Source: a virus
Lineage: Duplodnaviria > Heunggongvirae > Uroviricota > Caudoviricetes
DNA: 12,017 bases
IMG/VR virus record: IMGVR_UViG_2526164649_000015
Direction: 5' to 3' (one strand)
Of the stretch, positions 10,188 to 12,017 are shown in pieces. Position numbers and translations under genes: made by a program. Under the pieces are notes generated by a model that saw only the letters and a list, made by a program, of their open reading frames with translations, ran no database searches and had not been told where the DNA came from. Within the stretch, counting starts at the first letter, position 1, and each line of letters begins with the position of its first letter.

Positions 10188-11559
10188 TAAACCCCGCCAG
10201 CTGGCGGTCCCCTTTGCGAGTACCGGAGATAAAAACCGTATCCCGGACAAGGCGACACAGCAGACCAGAGAGAGCGGTAATGCTGCGTATGATTCAGGTT
10301 TTCCTCCGGTGACCATGACAGCGGTCTCAGCGGGAGGTATACCGCCACACGGCAAGGATTTTAACGGTCTGATGTACGATATTACCGCAGCAATACGGTT
10401 CGCCCAGGCTGGCGGTTTGTACACGTATAATGCCGGTTTTGCGGGGGCCATTGGTGGATATGCAAAAGGAGCCATTCTCGCCGGAGTCGCAACAACAGCG
10501 GTCTGGCTGAATACCACAGACGATAACCTGACCGATCCTGAAGGCTCCGACAGTGCGGGCTGGGTAAATCTTCTTGAGGATCCGAAAAGGATATTCCTGC
10601 GGCAGAAGAACAATCTGTCAGACCTTCAGAATAAAGGGACGGCACGGGATAATCTTCAGGTTTACAGTAAAGAGCAGTCAGATCAACGCTATGTTCATCG
10701 GGAAGGCGATAAAATAACCGGAGAGCTGAAAATCCGTGGTGTTAATGCGCTGAGGATTTTCAACGAAGCTTTTGGCCTGATTTTTCGTCGTTCGGAAGAG
10801 TGCCTGCACCTTATTCCCACCAGTGAAGGTCAGGGGGAAAATGGCGATATTGGTCCCCTGCGCCCGTTCACCATTAATTTGCGGACGGGTGAAATATCCA
10901 TGTCGCATAAAGTGTCTGTTGGCGGTGGTTCGCAGGTCAATGGTGCGCTGGGTATCGGCGTTCAGAACGCCCTGGGGGGGAATTCAATTGTTCTTGGTGA
11001 TAATGACACCGGATTTAAACAGAATGGAGACGGTATTCTGGATGTTTATGCTAATAGTCAGCGTGTATTCCGCTTTCAGAATGGAGTGGCTATTGCTTTT
11101 AAGAATATTCAGGCCGGAACTGCCAGAAAATTCACGTTATCCAGCGCCAACAACTCCACGAAAAATGCAGCGTTTTATTTGTGGGGTAATCCATCCAGGC
11201 CTGTTGTTGCAGAGCTTGGCGATGATTCAGGCTGGCATTTTTTCAGCCAGAGAAACCCGGATAACAGCATAGTGTTCACTGTTAACGGACAGGTAATTCC
11301 GTTAAATTACGGAAACTTCGATGCCCGCTATAAATATCGAACAGAGGGGGTACAGGATGTACGGTATGGCCATGAAATGTATTACAGCCCCGGCAGTAAC
11401 ACCGTTTCGTGGAGATTTTGCGCACCTTCGGGACACGGGCTGTCAGGGATGGCGATATCGGATACCGGCCGTAACTCAGCGGATAACGTTGACGGTGTGT
11501 ATTACCGACCACTGCAAAAACTGATTAATGGCACCTGGTATAACGTAGCGAGTATTTAA
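10174..11559 (+). CDS. phage tail fiber protein
   Basis: 461 aa; AAGGAG 10161-10166 before ATG 10174; N-terminal region [40 protein letters not shown] is typical of the conserved N-terminal domain of Mu S / P2 H-type fibers; divergent C-terminus; followed 3 bp later by a tail-fiber assembly gene. Confidence 0.75.
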
Positions 11560-11561
11560 CA

Positions 11562-12017
11562 ATGTTGCATTTAAAAAATATTACTGCGGGTAATCCGAAA
11601 ACAGCAGAACAATATCAGATGACAAAACGATATTCGGTCTCCTGGCTTTTTTCAGAAGACGGAAAAAACTGGTATGAAGAGCTGAAGAATTTCGCCAGCG
11701 ACACAATAAAAATAGCTTACACCGGAGATGGTCGCGTGGTGTGGGTCGGTAAGGATGTGACAGGCATCGAGCCACGCAATGCCAGTGTTATTGAAGTTCC
11801 TGATATTACCGCTAACCGACGGATTACCGCGCCGGGTTACTGGTTTTACCGCAATGATGAATTTGTCTTTGACTACAGACTCAAAGCGGAAGATGAGCGT
11901 GATGCCCTTCTGGCTCAGGTCAGTGCCCGGACAGGGGAATGGGAAGAAGACCTGCTGCTGGGGTTAATCAGCGACGAAGATAAAGAAAAGCTGAAAGCCT
12001 GTCGTATTTACGCGAAA
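11562..12017 (+). CDS. tail fiber assembly protein (Tfa family), 3'-partial at window end
   Basis: Not in the ORF track because it runs off the window. ATG 11562; hand translation MLHLKNITAGNPKTAEQYQMTKRYSVSWLFSEDGKNWYEELKNF... resembles TfaE-type tail-fiber assembly chaperones from memory; open to 12017. Confidence 0.7.
   Translation, partial: MLHLKNITAGNPKTAEQYQMTKRYSVSWLFSEDGKNWYEELKNFASDTIKIAYTGDGRVVWVGKDVTGIEPRNASVIEVPDITANRRITAPGYWFYRNDEFVFDYRLKAEDERDALLAQVSARTGEWEEDLLLGLISDEDKEKLKACRIYAK

Noticed and set aside
10142-10645. Minus-strand ORFs (10158..10613, 10382..10645, 10142..10348) overlapping the tail fiber gene.
   Set aside because: Ala/Pro-rich shadow frames opposite a well-supported fiber gene.
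10645-10670. Possible Gin/Hin/Pin-type inversion crossover site inside the tail fiber gene (GGTTTACAGTAA at 10659-10670 matches a gix half-site 11 of 12 from memory).
   Set aside because: Only one half-site is present; the partner half (CGGGATAATCTT) matches about 2 of 12, and no invertase gene or inverted partner site lies in the window. A weaker half-site-like string at 11588-11599 is equally unconvincing.

Overview
This window is a junction between chromosomal backbone genes, a pile of insertion sequences, and the tail end of a decayed Mu/e14/SfV-type prophage; I do not see a convincing previously undescribed system. All family and IS names are from recognition by eye and memory, not from a database search. 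(1) 1..2257: an alpha/beta-hydrolase gene on the minus strand (G-x-C-x-G nucleophile elbow, about 306 codons) is split by a complete 1331-bp IS2 (791..2121) with a 5-bp target duplication CGCCC. (2) 2258..2830: a dyad-rich divergent control region and a LysR-type regulator gene, cut after codon 145 by the end of an IS3-family element. The arrangement resembles the E. coli ycjY-pgrR locus, but this is a context guess only. (3) 2831..4917: a 5'-truncated IS3-family element (orfB only) abutted by an IS911-like element with good inverted repeats and the A-AAA-AAG slip site but broken orfA/orfB and no target duplication. (4) 4918..12017: a terminase small-subunit C-terminal fragment, a terminase large-subunit ATPase domain that stops after 289 aa, two coupled small ORFs of unknown function, then a baseplate and tail-fiber module (hub, spike, gp46-like, baseplate J-like, gp48-like, tail fiber, partial tail-fiber assembly gene). 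Portal, capsid, sheath, tube and tape-measure genes are absent. Four frame disruptions sit at homopolymer runs, which is either real pseudogenisation or homopolymer sequencing error. The only genuinely uncharacterised candidates are the coupled ORFs at 6006..6451. No tRNA, rRNA or CRISPR array was seen.
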